Assembly (NCBI GenBank): GCA_026395675.1
Contig: JAPLYF010000049.1
Span: 1 to 36,277, forward strand
Reading direction: 5' to 3'
Source of the DNA: Candidatus Parcubacteria bacterium
Lineage (GTDB): Bacteria > Patescibacteriota > Patescibacteriia > CAIXNZ01
Length of the DNA: 36,277 nt
Position numbers and translations under genes: made by a program. Under the pieces are notes generated by a model, which was given only the letters and a program-made list of their open reading frames with translations, was not told the origin of the DNA and did no database searches. This document shows, piece after piece, positions 16,286 to 24,822 of the stretch (positions within the stretch are counted from its first letter, which is position 1; each line of letters begins with the position of its first letter).

Positions 16286-16759
16286 ATGCAAGAAAATATT
16301 AATATAAAATTAGTTGCTGACCTTAATGACAGACAATTAAATCAGCTTGTTTCTATTTTGAATTATGACCAAAAATTGCGACAGAGTTTATGTAGTCAAA
16401 AAAAAGAAATAACAGTCAAGACGTTCAACGCCAAAAATAATGCTTGGGCAAAAAATAACCAAGCCAAATTGTACGCTATAATGAACAAAACTCACGCTAT
16501 AGGCATGATTTCATTAAGCCATATTAATTTAAAGAATAAAAAAGCCAATATTGGATATTGGTTAACAAGTAGGCACTGGGGGAAGGGTATTACTAGCAAA
16601 GCGTTTAAACAAATATTAGCTATTGCCAAAGATAATAAGATAAAATATCTTACCTGTACTATACCTAAAGACAATATAGCTTCTTTGGCTATCTGGCAAA
16701 AATTTCAGGCAATTATAAAGCAAAAAGGAGAGAATATAATACCGATTATTAGGTTGTGA
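16286..16759 (+). CDS. GNAT-family N-acetyltransferase (RimJ/RimL-like)
   Basis: GYWLTSRHWGKGITSKAFKQIL matches acetyl-CoA binding motif A (R/QxxGxG/A). Size is typical. Confidence 0.7.
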   Translation: MQENINIKLVADLNDRQLNQLVSILNYDQKLRQSLCSQKKEITVKTFNAKNNAWAKNNQAKLYAIMNKTHAIGMISLSHINLKNKKANIGYWLTSRHWGKGITSKAFKQILAIAKDNKIKYLTCTIPKDNIASLAIWQKFQAIIKQKGENIIPIIRL

Positions 16760-16945
16760 AATTGATTGAATTTCTATTTTATAATAAAAAATCCCCATCA
16801 TTTTTGACTGGGGGTTGTATTTTTAGAAGTATGTTTTTTTATTAATAGTTTTAGTTAGGTATTAATAGCTATTGACAAAGTGTTTTTTTTAAGAGATAAG
16901 TATAATAAGGAGTAGGAAATTAAAAGTAAAGAAAGGAGGTATTTG

Positions 16946-17242
16946 ATGTTTAATGATGATGATTTTGATCGAATTGGCCCTGATTCTCCTGAGAGCTATT
17001 TTTTATATGAGCAGCGCCGAGAAAGACAGAGAATTGCCAGGGATGTCTTAATTGAGCAAATTAGCCCAGTTACTTATTATGAACTGCAAAGAGAAAATGC
17101 GTGGCAACAGGAAGAAAGGGAAGGGGAGAGAAAACGTTTAGCCAGGCAAAATCCTTCAATCTTCTCTAGAATATGGCAGTGGTTAAGTAATTACTGTCAT
17201 AATAAACTGCATTCAAAAATCATGAGATCCAAAAGGTCGTGA
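16946..17242 (+). CDS. Hypothetical charged protein
   Basis: ATG after AAAGGAGG, and a terminator hairpin (gtcgtgaaa/tttcacggc plus T-tract) right after the stop. Confidence 0.5.
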   Translation: MFNDDDFDRIGPDSPESYFLYEQRRERQRIARDVLIEQISPVTYYELQRENAWQQEEREGERKRLARQNPSIFSRIWQWLSNYCHNKLHSKIMRSKRS

Positions 17243-17274
17243 AAAACATTTCACGGCCTTTTTTATTTACCCTT

Positions 17275-17300
17275 GACCCGTCGTTCGCGAACGACGGGTC
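17275..17300. repeat. Perfect 26-nt palindrome gacccgtcgttcgcgaacgacgggtc, related to the copy at 5827
   Basis: The shared core is CGTCGyTCGCGArCGACG. The palindrome is flanked by cttgac on both sides. Confidence 0.7.
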
Positions 17301-17329
17301 TTGACAACCCGACTTTCTTTTGCTAAACT
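17301..17329 (+). promoter_or_regulatory. Putative promoter (TTGACA-17 nt-TAAACT) for dapB
   Basis: Read directly. The -35 box abuts the palindrome. Confidence 0.45.
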
Positions 17330-17397
17330 TACCTAATCAAAAAATCAAAAAAGGCCTTTGAAAATTCAAATTTAGCATATTCAAAAGGAGGACGAGA

Positions 17398-18144
17398 ATG
17401 TCTAGAATAAGAGTTTGTCTGGTCGGATCCCATGGCAAAATGGGCCAGGCCCTTTTAGCAGAGATTGCCAAGGATAAGTCATTTATTTTGGCAGCGACTG
17501 TGCCGCATCAGGGCAAGGCAACTTCAGCGGATATCAATGCTATCAGGTCTGAAAAAATTAATGTGGTTATTAATTTCACCACGCCCAGGGCGACATTGGC
17601 ATCAGCCAAATATTGTGCCAAATACGGTTTGCCTTTGGTCACCGGCACAACTGGTCTGACTGAAAAGCAAATGGCCAGTTTAAAGCAATATGCCAAAAAA
17701 GCGCCCATACTCTGGTCGCCGAACATGTGTCTGGTAGTTAATCTGTTGGAGTCAATGTTAGGCATGCTGGCGCAAGCTTTAAACAATGCGGACATTGAAA
17801 TCGTGGAACAGCATCATCGCGACAAAGAAGACTCGCCTTCAGGCACTGCCAAGATGTTTGCCCGCTCAATGGCCAAGTCAACTGGCAAGAAAATTATTTG
17901 TTCCCGGCCCGAAGGAATTTCCAAAGGGCGTAAGACAGATGAAATTTACATTCACTCTTTGCGCGGCGGGGAAGTCCCTGGCGGCAAAAACGAGGTGCAC
18001 TTTCTGGCAGGCCAGGAAGAAATCTTAATCAGCCACCGGGCTTTGTCCAATAATGTTTACGCCACTGGCGCGCTTTTAGCCGCCAAATGGCTCATCAACC
18101 AAAAACCCGGTCTTTACAGCATGAAAGATGTGATGTCTAAATAA
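17398..18144 (+). CDS. dapB: 4-hydroxy-tetrahydrodipicolinate reductase
   Basis: N-terminal Rossmann segment RVCLVGSHGKMG and the signature EQHHRDKEDSPSGTA. Confidence 0.9.
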   Translation: MSRIRVCLVGSHGKMGQALLAEIAKDKSFILAATVPHQGKATSADINAIRSEKINVVINFTTPRATLASAKYCAKYGLPLVTGTTGLTEKQMASLKQYAKKAPILWSPNMCLVVNLLESMLGMLAQALNNADIEIVEQHHRDKEDSPSGTAKMFARSMAKSTGKKIICSRPEGISKGRKTDEIYIHSLRGGEVPGGKNEVHFLAGQEEILISHRALSNNVYATGALLAAKWLINQKPGLYSMKDVMSK

Positions 18145-18164
18145 ACTATAAGGAGGTAGCTAAA

Positions 18165-18869
18165 ATGGACAAAAAAAGGATAAAAGTCATCCGCCGCCAG
18201 GCGACACTGGATGATATTGACGCTATCTATAAACTGGACCAAGAGGTCTGGACAGAATTCCCCGGCACAAGAGAAATGTTTGCTTCAAGGATTGAAACGT
18301 TTCCCGAGGGAAACGTCGTTGCAGAAGTAAATGGTCAAATTGTAGGCTATTTGTGTATGGAAATTGTTAAATTAGAGTTAGATCACCAGAAACCATTTAC
18401 ATGGACTGAAATAACTGATAATGGATACTTAAAAAATAGTCATAAGGCGAATGGGAACTACGAATATGGGTTGGCTTTAACAGTGTCTCCCAATTATCAA
18501 AATTGCGGAATCGCTACACGTCTATTTCTATCGGCTTGGGAAATAGGGGTAAGAGCAAATATTATCGCATGCCTTCTGGGGAGTAGAATTCCTGATTACT
18601 ATAAATATAAGGACAAATACTCACCAGAGGAGTATATCAATCTTCGTCGTGAAGATGGTAAACTTCTTGATCCCGAACTGAGATTGTATGAACGCGATGG
18701 CTTCAAGGCCGTAATGCTTCTGCCGAATTATATACAGGATCCTCAAAGTTGTGATTATGGTGTCCTTATGAAACAAGGCAATCCGTTCTATAATAGGGGC
18801 CCTCAGTTTTTCCGTAATTTTCTCGCATCTATAATTTCAAGATGGGGACATAAATTTTTAGGTGTTTAA
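18165..18869 (+). CDS. GNAT-like acetyltransferase
   Basis: YQNCGIATRLF (QxxGxA motif A) and an N-terminal ATLDDIDAIYKLDQEVW region typical of GNAT folds. Confidence 0.55.
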   Translation: MDKKRIKVIRRQATLDDIDAIYKLDQEVWTEFPGTREMFASRIETFPEGNVVAEVNGQIVGYLCMEIVKLELDHQKPFTWTEITDNGYLKNSHKANGNYEYGLALTVSPNYQNCGIATRLFLSAWEIGVRANIIACLLGSRIPDYYKYKDKYSPEEYINLRREDGKLLDPELRLYERDGFKAVMLLPNYIQDPQSCDYGVLMKQGNPFYNRGPQFFRNFLASIISRWGHKFLGV

Positions 18870-18973
18870 TCCTAATAAAGGGAGTGAATATGACTCCCTT
18901 TTTTGTTAGCATTATTTTCATTTTTTGGTTATAATAATATAAAGATTGATAATTAATAAAGATATCTAAAATT

Positions 18974-21184
18974 ATGATAGATTGGATTATTTTGATAATA
19001 ATCTTATTATTTTTTGGAATACTTGCATTTCTATCATTGAAGTCAAATATAAATAGCGTTTCTAATAGAAATTTTGCCTATCTAATTATTACAGGTGGAT
19101 TTTGGATTTTATTTAACTTTTTAGAAAATGAAATTCATGATCTATTTATAGCAAGAAATTTTTTAACATTAGATTTTATTTTTGCGGCCTTAATGGTTTA
19201 TTTCTTCCTTATATTTGCTCTTTATTTTACTGATTCTAAATTAATAGTATATAAAAGTATATTTATTATTTATACATTATTTGTCATATTGAGTGTTTTT
19301 TTAAATTTTGTAATAGTAAATATTAGATTTGAAAATCAAACCATTGTTTTTGATCAAGGTTTCCTCTATTATTTTTATGCTATCCAACCATTTTTATTTG
19401 TAATTGTGAGTTTAAAAGTTTTTATCAGTAAATATTTAAAAAGTTTTGGTCTTTATCGATTACAATTAACTTATATAATATTAGGACTTACTTTAGCGGC
19501 ATTATTAGGACTAGTCTCGAATTTAATTTTACCTCAACTAGGGATCACCGATATTAGTATTTTAAGATTGGGAATTTATGGTATGGTATTTGTAATTGGC
19601 TTTACCTCTTATGCTATATTAAAATACCGCCTCATGGACATTCGCGTCATTATCCGTCGTTCAGCAGTGTTTACTGTATTAGTTTTGTTAATTACGGCCT
19701 TGTATGCAGTTCTTTCATATTTATTAAGCTTGGTCTTTACAGAATTAATCGGTATCCAGTCAGTGATTATAAACGGCATTGTCATGGCTGTACTTGTGGC
19801 TATTGGCTTTGAGCCATTGAAGAAATTTTTATCTGAAATCACAGATAGTTTTTTATTCAAGGCAGAGTACAAGCCCCAGGAAGTTCTGGGGGAATTTGCT
19901 GATAAATTATCTTCCACTTTGAATTTAAATGAATTAACCCAGTTTTTAGTTAAAAAAACCAGCGAGGTTTTTAAGTGCGCCAAATCCTCGCTTTATTTAT
20001 TTAATGAAGAACATAAGGAATATCAGGAAGTGGCCATGTGGGGCAAACCAAGTACGGCGCCGACCAAAAATATTGATCAGAAATTATTTACAAAAATTTT
20101 TAGTTATTTAAACCAAATCGGTAAGTCAAAAGACATTATTGTTAGAGAAGAAATTAAAAAAATCAATGAGCAGTTTAAAAATCCCATTTTGGATCTTTTA
20201 ATCAAACAGTTGGATTCGCGGGAAGTGAATTTGATTGTACCCTTTTATGTTAAAGAAGAATTGATCGGCATTTTATTCCTGGGAGATAAAAAGTCAGGAG
20301 ATGTTTATTCCCAGCAGGATTTAAATGTTTTGGAAATCATTGCCGGCCAGTCAGCGGTCTCCATTCAGAATGCCGGGCTTTTTGAAGAGCAAAAGCACTT
20401 TGCCGAACATTTGAAAAAAGAAGTTGACAAGGCCACTAAGGAATTACAAATCGCTAATGTGCAGTTAAGAAAATTGGATAAGGCCAAGTCAGAATTTATT
20501 TCCATTGCTTCGCACCAGTTAAGAACACCTTTAACAGTTATCCGCGGCTATATTTCCATGATTGAACAAGGTGATTTTGGCGTAGTCTCGCATAAAGTTC
20601 AACAACCTTTGGACCGCGTTTATAAAAGTACCATGAGGATTATTGGCTTGGTTGAGGATTTATTGAACATTTCTCGTATTGAAAGCGGCCGCTTAAAATA
20701 TGATTTTATTAAGACTGATTTAATTACTCTGGTGGCTGATGTTTATGATGAATTAAAACAACAAGCCAAAAATAAGGGCTTACAATTTGAATTTATTAAG
20801 CCAACCAAAGAAATTCCCCAGCTGGTTTTGGATCAGGGCAAAATCAGGGAGGTAATCATGAATTTGATTGATAATTCCATTAAATACACTGATTCTGGTT
20901 TTGTCAGAGTAAAATTGGAGCGTGATGACGACCATGTTACTTTCAGCGTCAGTGATTCTGGCCGCGGACTGGCTACTGATGAGATACCTTTATTATTCCA
21001 AAAGTTTTCTAGGGCCAAAGGCGCGCAATTAATGCACACTGAAGGCACCGGACTAGGCCTTTATATTGCTAAAAATATTATTGCCAAGCACAGCGGCAAA
21101 ATCTGGGTTGAAAGCCCGGGTCCTGGCAAGGGCTCTACTTTTTATATAAGGTTTAGGATTGAGAATAAGAGGCTGGAAAAATAA
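18974..21184 (+). CDS. Sensor histidine kinase with a multi-TM N-terminal sensor, GAF-like region, HisKA and HATPase_c domains
   Basis: H-box SIASHQLRTPLT, N-box NLIDNSIKYT, G1 SDSGRGL and G2 GTGLGLYIAKNI. About 8 N-terminal TM helices. No response regulator adjacent. Confidence 0.9.
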   Translation: MIDWIILIIILLFFGILAFLSLKSNINSVSNRNFAYLIITGGFWILFNFLENEIHDLFIARNFLTLDFIFAALMVYFFLIFALYFTDSKLIVYKSIFIIYTLFVILSVFLNFVIVNIRFENQTIVFDQGFLYYFYAIQPFLFVIVSLKVFISKYLKSFGLYRLQLTYIILGLTLAALLGLVSNLILPQLGITDISILRLGIYGMVFVIGFTSYAILKYRLMDIRVIIRRSAVFTVLVLLITALYAVLSYLLSLVFTELIGIQSVIINGIVMAVLVAIGFEPLKKFLSEITDSFLFKAEYKPQEVLGEFADKLSSTLNLNELTQFLVKKTSEVFKCAKSSLYLFNEEHKEYQEVAMWGKPSTAPTKNIDQKLFTKIFSYLNQIGKSKDIIVREEIKKINEQFKNPILDLLIKQLDSREVNLIVPFYVKEELIGILFLGDKKSGDVYSQQDLNVLEIIAGQSAVSIQNAGLFEEQKHFAEHLKKEVDKATKELQIANVQLRKLDKAKSEFISIASHQLRTPLTVIRGYISMIEQGDFGVVSHKVQQPLDRVYKSTMRIIGLVEDLLNISRIESGRLKYDFIKTDLITLVADVYDELKQQAKNKGLQFEFIKPTKEIPQLVLDQGKIREVIMNLIDNSIKYTDSGFVRVKLERDDDHVTFSVSDSGRGLATDEIPLLFQKFSRAKGAQLMHTEGTGLGLYIAKNIIAKHSGKIWVESPGPGKGSTFYIRFRIENKRLEK

Positions 21185-21194
21185 TCATTAACTT

Positions 21195-21223
21195 ATCCGC
21201 CTACGCGTAAAGCTTCGGCGGAT
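21195..21223. repeat. Family 1 REP-like hairpin (atccgcc/ggcggat)
   Basis: Read directly, immediately after the kinase stop. Confidence 0.8.
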
Positions 21224-21234
21224 TGGGAAAAAAT

Positions 21235-22227
21235 ATGGCAAAATTTAGGGGGTGGGAAAATATAAATTTGGTTGAGCCGCAGAGTTTTGAAGATATTAAA
21301 TTAGCAGTTATAAAAGTTTATGAGCAAAATTATGAAATGATTGACGAACAGATAGAAACAATGAGAGATAAATTATCTCAGATTCCAAATCTTGTCATAA
21401 ATTTTGATGAAACAATGACCATGGAAAGCACTATAGATGCGGTTATAAATGGACTTTGCAGGGAAATACCCGATCAGACTAAGGATTTGATAACTAAAAG
21501 AGATAAATGGCAAGAAAAAATTAAAGATAAGGATTCTGGTTCGGTGGTTAAATCCTTTTATGAGGAGGTTATCGGTGGCATTGATAAAGATATTTTAGAA
21601 AAAGTTTATGATAAGGTCATAGAGAAAATGGAGTTAAACCCAAATCTTGAAGAAGTTTTAAAATATTTAAAGGAGAAAAAAGGCATAAATAATATTCCCT
21701 TATTTATTTTATCCCTCAACAATCATGTCTTGATTGAAAAATTTTATAAGCGATTTGAAGAATATTTTAAATCACGGGGAGTCGTTGTTATCGGCATAAT
21801 GGCTAATCAAGTTGTATCTGATGAAAGTGGCAGAGTAAGCAGCGTTATCGAACATGTAAATGATGAGAATAAACACGAATTTATTCCTAGGAATGCAATT
21901 ATGTTGGCGGATAGCAGGGAGACAAGGAGTTTGCTTGAAAGAGGAGTCAATGCATTGAATATACAAGGGGAACAATTCCATCCTATTTTATTAGGGATAA
22001 CTTTTAAAATGATAGGCATTATAGAATTCTTAGAGGGGTATAGAGTAAAAACAATAGGGGAAGAGACTCAGAAGAGAGCTTTAGATATTTTTAATGCCTA
22101 TTTCAAATTAAAAAAAGATTGGGAGCAAAGAATGGAGACTGATGAAGAGGAAATAATAAAAAAAGAAAAACTTTTAAGGGAGGTTGATGTTTTATTGCAA
22201 GAGATTGCAAAATTTGAAAATATATGA
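21235..22227 (+). CDS. Hypothetical protein
   Basis: Long ORF. Start trimmed to the ATG at 21235 because the listed TTG at 21223 lies inside the REP hairpin. No motif confidently recognised. Confidence 0.55.
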   Translation: MAKFRGWENINLVEPQSFEDIKLAVIKVYEQNYEMIDEQIETMRDKLSQIPNLVINFDETMTMESTIDAVINGLCREIPDQTKDLITKRDKWQEKIKDKDSGSVVKSFYEEVIGGIDKDILEKVYDKVIEKMELNPNLEEVLKYLKEKKGINNIPLFILSLNNHVLIEKFYKRFEEYFKSRGVVVIGIMANQVVSDESGRVSSVIEHVNDENKHEFIPRNAIMLADSRETRSLLERGVNALNIQGEQFHPILLGITFKMIGIIEFLEGYRVKTIGEETQKRALDIFNAYFKLKKDWEQRMETDEEEIIKKEKLLREVDVLLQEIAKFENI

Positions 22228-22257
22228 TATATTAGTTATATAAGGGGAGGTGTAGTT

Positions 22258-22440
22258 ATGAAGCAAAAAAAATTAAAAGAAGAGTTTGAGGCGAAGGATC
22301 TTGAAAGGCTAAAAAGTCTTTTTGCGGCTTTGCGGCCCGATCTAGAAAATTTGAGGAAAGAAATTTCTCAAATAGTAAGGGTTCAGCGCGAAGAAGCAAA
22401 AAAGGCAAAGCCCCGCTCTCCTTCGGCAGATGCCTGGTAG
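22258..22440 (+). CDS. Small helical protein (60 aa), paralog 1, C-terminal tail KKAKPRSPSADAW
   Basis: GGGGAGG RBS. A paralog lies 330 nt downstream with the same tail and the same terminator. Confidence 0.55.
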   Translation: MKQKKLKEEFEAKDLERLKSLFAALRPDLENLRKEISQIVRVQREEAKKAKPRSPSADAW

Positions 22441-22476
22441 GACGCACAAAAAAATATTCAAGTGCGTCCTTTTTTC
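22440..22476 (+). terminator. Intrinsic terminator (ggacgcac/gtgcgtcc plus T-tract); near-identical copy at 22759
   Basis: Read directly. Confidence 0.65.
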
Positions 22477-22588
22477 TTGAAAAAATAGTATTTAAAAAAG
22501 ACGAGTTAGGTAAAAGTTTAGCAAAATTAAGAGAGAAAATTGAAAAATTTAGTGGTCTGTGATATAATATAAATAAGGAGGTGCTATT

Positions 22589-22759
22589 ATGCAAAATTTA
22601 ACTTTATCTCCTGAAAAGGAGAATAAATTAAGGGAAATGGCCGCTAAGATGCTTCCAATAATAAGGAAGATAGAACAAAGGTTACCTGAAATATTAGAAA
22701 AGCGGAAAGCAGCCCTTAAAAAGGCGAAAGCCCGTTCACCTTCGGCCGATGCCTGGTAG
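22589..22759 (+). CDS. Small helical protein (56 aa), paralog 2, not in the ORF track: MQNLTLSPEKENKLREMAAKMLPIIRKIEQRLPEILEKRKAALKKAKARSPSADAW
   Basis: AAGGAGG RBS 7 nt upstream of the ATG. The tail RSPSADAW is conserved, with only synonymous differences from paralog 1. Confidence 0.55.
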   Translation: MQNLTLSPEKENKLREMAAKMLPIIRKIEQRLPEILEKRKAALKKAKARSPSADAW

Positions 22760-22824
22760 GGCGCACAAAAAAATATTCAAGTGCGTCCTTTTTCTTGAGA
22801 AAATTTTAATTAACGCTAAATAAT

Positions 22825-23790
22825 ATGCTTAAAATAGGTTTAATTTTTGGCGGGTTAAGCAATGAACATGAAGTTTCTATAAATTCCGCAAAAAATATCG
22901 TTAAAAATTTTGATTACAATAAATATAAATTGGTCTTAATTTATTGGAAAAGAGACGGAAGGTTTTATGTTATAGAAGATATAAATAATCTTAAAAATAA
23001 ACAATTAATCGCCATCGAAGCTTTTAAGCAAAAATTTGATATTTCTTTATTAATGACCCACGGCAAATATGGCGAGGATGGGGTGCTGCAAGCGATTTTG
23101 GAAAGCCAAAAGATTAAATATTGTGGGTGTAAGGTTTTGAGTTCAGCTTTATGCATGGACAAAGCCATATTTAAACAATTTGCAGGCGGGCAAAAATTCC
23201 CGCAGGTAAAATTTGAGATAATCGCAGATAAATTTGCGCCTAATGAGATAAATGCGATAAAAAAAATGTTTAAATTGCCTGTTTTTGTGAAACCAGCCAA
23301 TTCCGGATCTTCAGTCGGCATTACAAAAGTTAAGGATTTTGCAAAACTTAAATTGGCGATTAAAGAAGCTTTTAAGCATGATAGCAAGGTCATTATTGAG
23401 CAAGGGATTGAAAAGCTCCATGAAATTGAAGTAGCGATTTTGGGCAATGAAAAATTAATAATTTCAGAGCCAGGGGAAGTCCTGCCCTTTAAAGAATTTT
23501 ATGATTATGATGACAAATATATTTTGAATAAGACTAAATTAATAATTCCAGCCAAGTTAAATAGGCAGATGATCTTTAAAATTAAAGAAATCGCGGGGAA
23601 AATTTATAAATTATGCGATTGTTCAGGATTTGCTAGGATTGATTTTTTAATTAAAAATAATAAAGTTTATTTAAACGAGATTAACACCTTGCCTGGCTTT
23701 ACTCAAAATTCAATGTACCCGCTTTTAATGATGAATTCGGGCATTAGCTATAAAGAATTGATTAATAAAATAATTGAATTATCTTCTTGA
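22825..23790 (+). CDS. ddl: D-alanine--D-alanine ligase
   Basis: IGLIFGGLSNEHEVSINSA, PVFVKPANSGSSVGI and EINTLPGFTQNSMYP are all classic Ddl motifs. Confidence 0.92.
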   Translation: MLKIGLIFGGLSNEHEVSINSAKNIVKNFDYNKYKLVLIYWKRDGRFYVIEDINNLKNKQLIAIEAFKQKFDISLLMTHGKYGEDGVLQAILESQKIKYCGCKVLSSALCMDKAIFKQFAGGQKFPQVKFEIIADKFAPNEINAIKKMFKLPVFVKPANSGSSVGITKVKDFAKLKLAIKEAFKHDSKVIIEQGIEKLHEIEVAILGNEKLIISEPGEVLPFKEFYDYDDKYILNKTKLIIPAKLNRQMIFKIKEIAGKIYKLCDCSGFARIDFLIKNNKVYLNEINTLPGFTQNSMYPLLMMNSGISYKELINKIIELSS

Positions 23791-23794
23791 TTTC

Positions 23795-23883
23795 GCAAAA
23801 TCTGGGTGGAAAGCCCGGGTCCAGGCAAGGGTTCCACTTTTTATATCAGGTTTAGGATAAATAATAAGAGGTTGGAAAAGTAA
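23795..23883 (+). pseudogene. Relic copy of the last about 28 codons of the histidine kinase gene (KIWVESPGPGKGSTFYIRFRINNKRLEK*)
   Basis: Nucleotide-level similarity to 21096-21184 (GKIWVESPGPGKGSTFYIRFRIENKRLEK*). No upstream kinase body is present. Confidence 0.8.
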
Positions 23884-23889
23884 AAAACT

Positions 23890-24030
23890 ATTATCAGCGG
23901 CTTTAGCCGCTGCACAGTTACGAAGTGGCTGATCGTTAATCAGATGAACTTCCCTAATAAAATTCTGCGACTTTGTCGCAGTGCGCTTGCTTCCGCCGTC
24001 GCTTTGCTTTGGCGGACAGGAAAGCAAGCG
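23890..24030. repeat. Left composite repeat (hairpins cagcggc/gccgctg, ctgcgac/gtcgcag, and nested gcttgctt..ccgcc..ggcgg..aagcaagc)
   Basis: Aligns with 24683-24822 in direct orientation. The hairpin modules are near-identical and the AT-rich linker has diverged. Confidence 0.85.
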
Positions 24031-24177
24031 ATAATTGTTTTCGTATATTTTTAAAAAGATATTATCAGAGGCTTTAGCCTCTGCACGGCCACTATGTGGC
24101 CGAAAAAGAATTCATGATTCAGCAGCTTTGCTGCTGTGCGGACGCTAAAGCGTCCGATAATTAATAAAAGAAATTCC

Positions 24178-24675
24178 ATGGAGTTTTATTTGGATAATAA
24201 TTATTTTTTTATTACCTGCCGGACAATTGATGGCAGGGATTATTTTTTAGAAAATGAAATAAGAGGTTATATTTTAGATCTATTTAAAAAAATTGAACAA
24301 AATTTTAGTGTTAAATTTTGTGCTTATAGTATTTTATTGAATCATTACCATTTCTTGTTATATTTACAGAAGGGGAAAGAAATACATGAAATAATTCATA
24401 AAATAAATGGGAATATTTCCTATTATTTAAAAGATGCGCCAAAACCTTTGTGGGATATTTATCATAACAGCAATGCTTTTAACGAAGATTCATTTTATAA
24501 GATAATAGGTTATATCGCAGGCAATCCTTTTAAACATGGATTGGTAAAAGATATTGAGGACTTGAAAAATTATAGATTTAGTAACTATAATGAATTAGCT
24601 GATAAATATGGCTATGATGGTATTAATGAAATTATTAGCAATGTACATCGGTTGAATTGGGAATTAAAATTATAA
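24178..24675 (+). CDS. REP-associated tyrosine transposase (RAYT) / IS200-like Y1 HUH transposase
   Basis: HUH motif in LLNHYHFLL. Catalytic Tyr motif IGYIAGNPFKHGLV. N-terminal YFFITCRT. 165 aa from the ATG at 24178; the listed GTG at 24136 lies in a hairpin repeat. Confidence 0.75.
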   Translation: MEFYLDNNYFFITCRTIDGRDYFLENEIRGYILDLFKKIEQNFSVKFCAYSILLNHYHFLLYLQKGKEIHEIIHKINGNISYYLKDAPKPLWDIYHNSNAFNEDSFYKIIGYIAGNPFKHGLVKDIEDLKNYRFSNYNELADKYGYDGINEIISNVHRLNWELKL

Positions 24676-24682
24676 TGGAGAC

Positions 24683-24822
24683 ATTATCAGCGGCTTTAGC
24701 CGCTGCACAGCCACGCAGTGGCTGATCGTTACACATGTAAACTTTTTAATAATATTCTGCGACTTTGTCGCAGTGCGCTTGCTTCCGCCGTCGCTTTGCT
24801 TTGGCGGACAGGAAAGCAAGCG
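24683..24822. repeat. Right composite repeat, a direct copy of 23890-24030
   Basis: See the left copy. Confidence 0.85.

Noticed and set aside
21235-22227. HAD-phosphatase assignment for the 330-aa protein, based on the VINFDETMT segment
   Set aside because: The motif lacks the second Asp of DxDxT, and the other HAD motifs were not convincingly found. Left as hypothetical.
22256-22594. 112-aa - strand ORF spanning the small-paralog locus
   Set aside because: It overlaps both + strand mini-genes, which have strong RBSs, terminators and synonymous-only tail divergence. The antisense frame has no start context.
22965-23447. 160-aa antisense ORF inside ddl. The same reasoning applies to 19609-19983 in the kinase, 27273-27605 and 26699-26983 in purD, 17508-17795 in dapB, 12354-12635 and 12371-12619 around the rSAM-like gene, 30559-30870 in nusA, and similar cases.
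   Set aside because: These are shadow ORFs opposite or overlapping genes with strong motif support. They have no independent signals.
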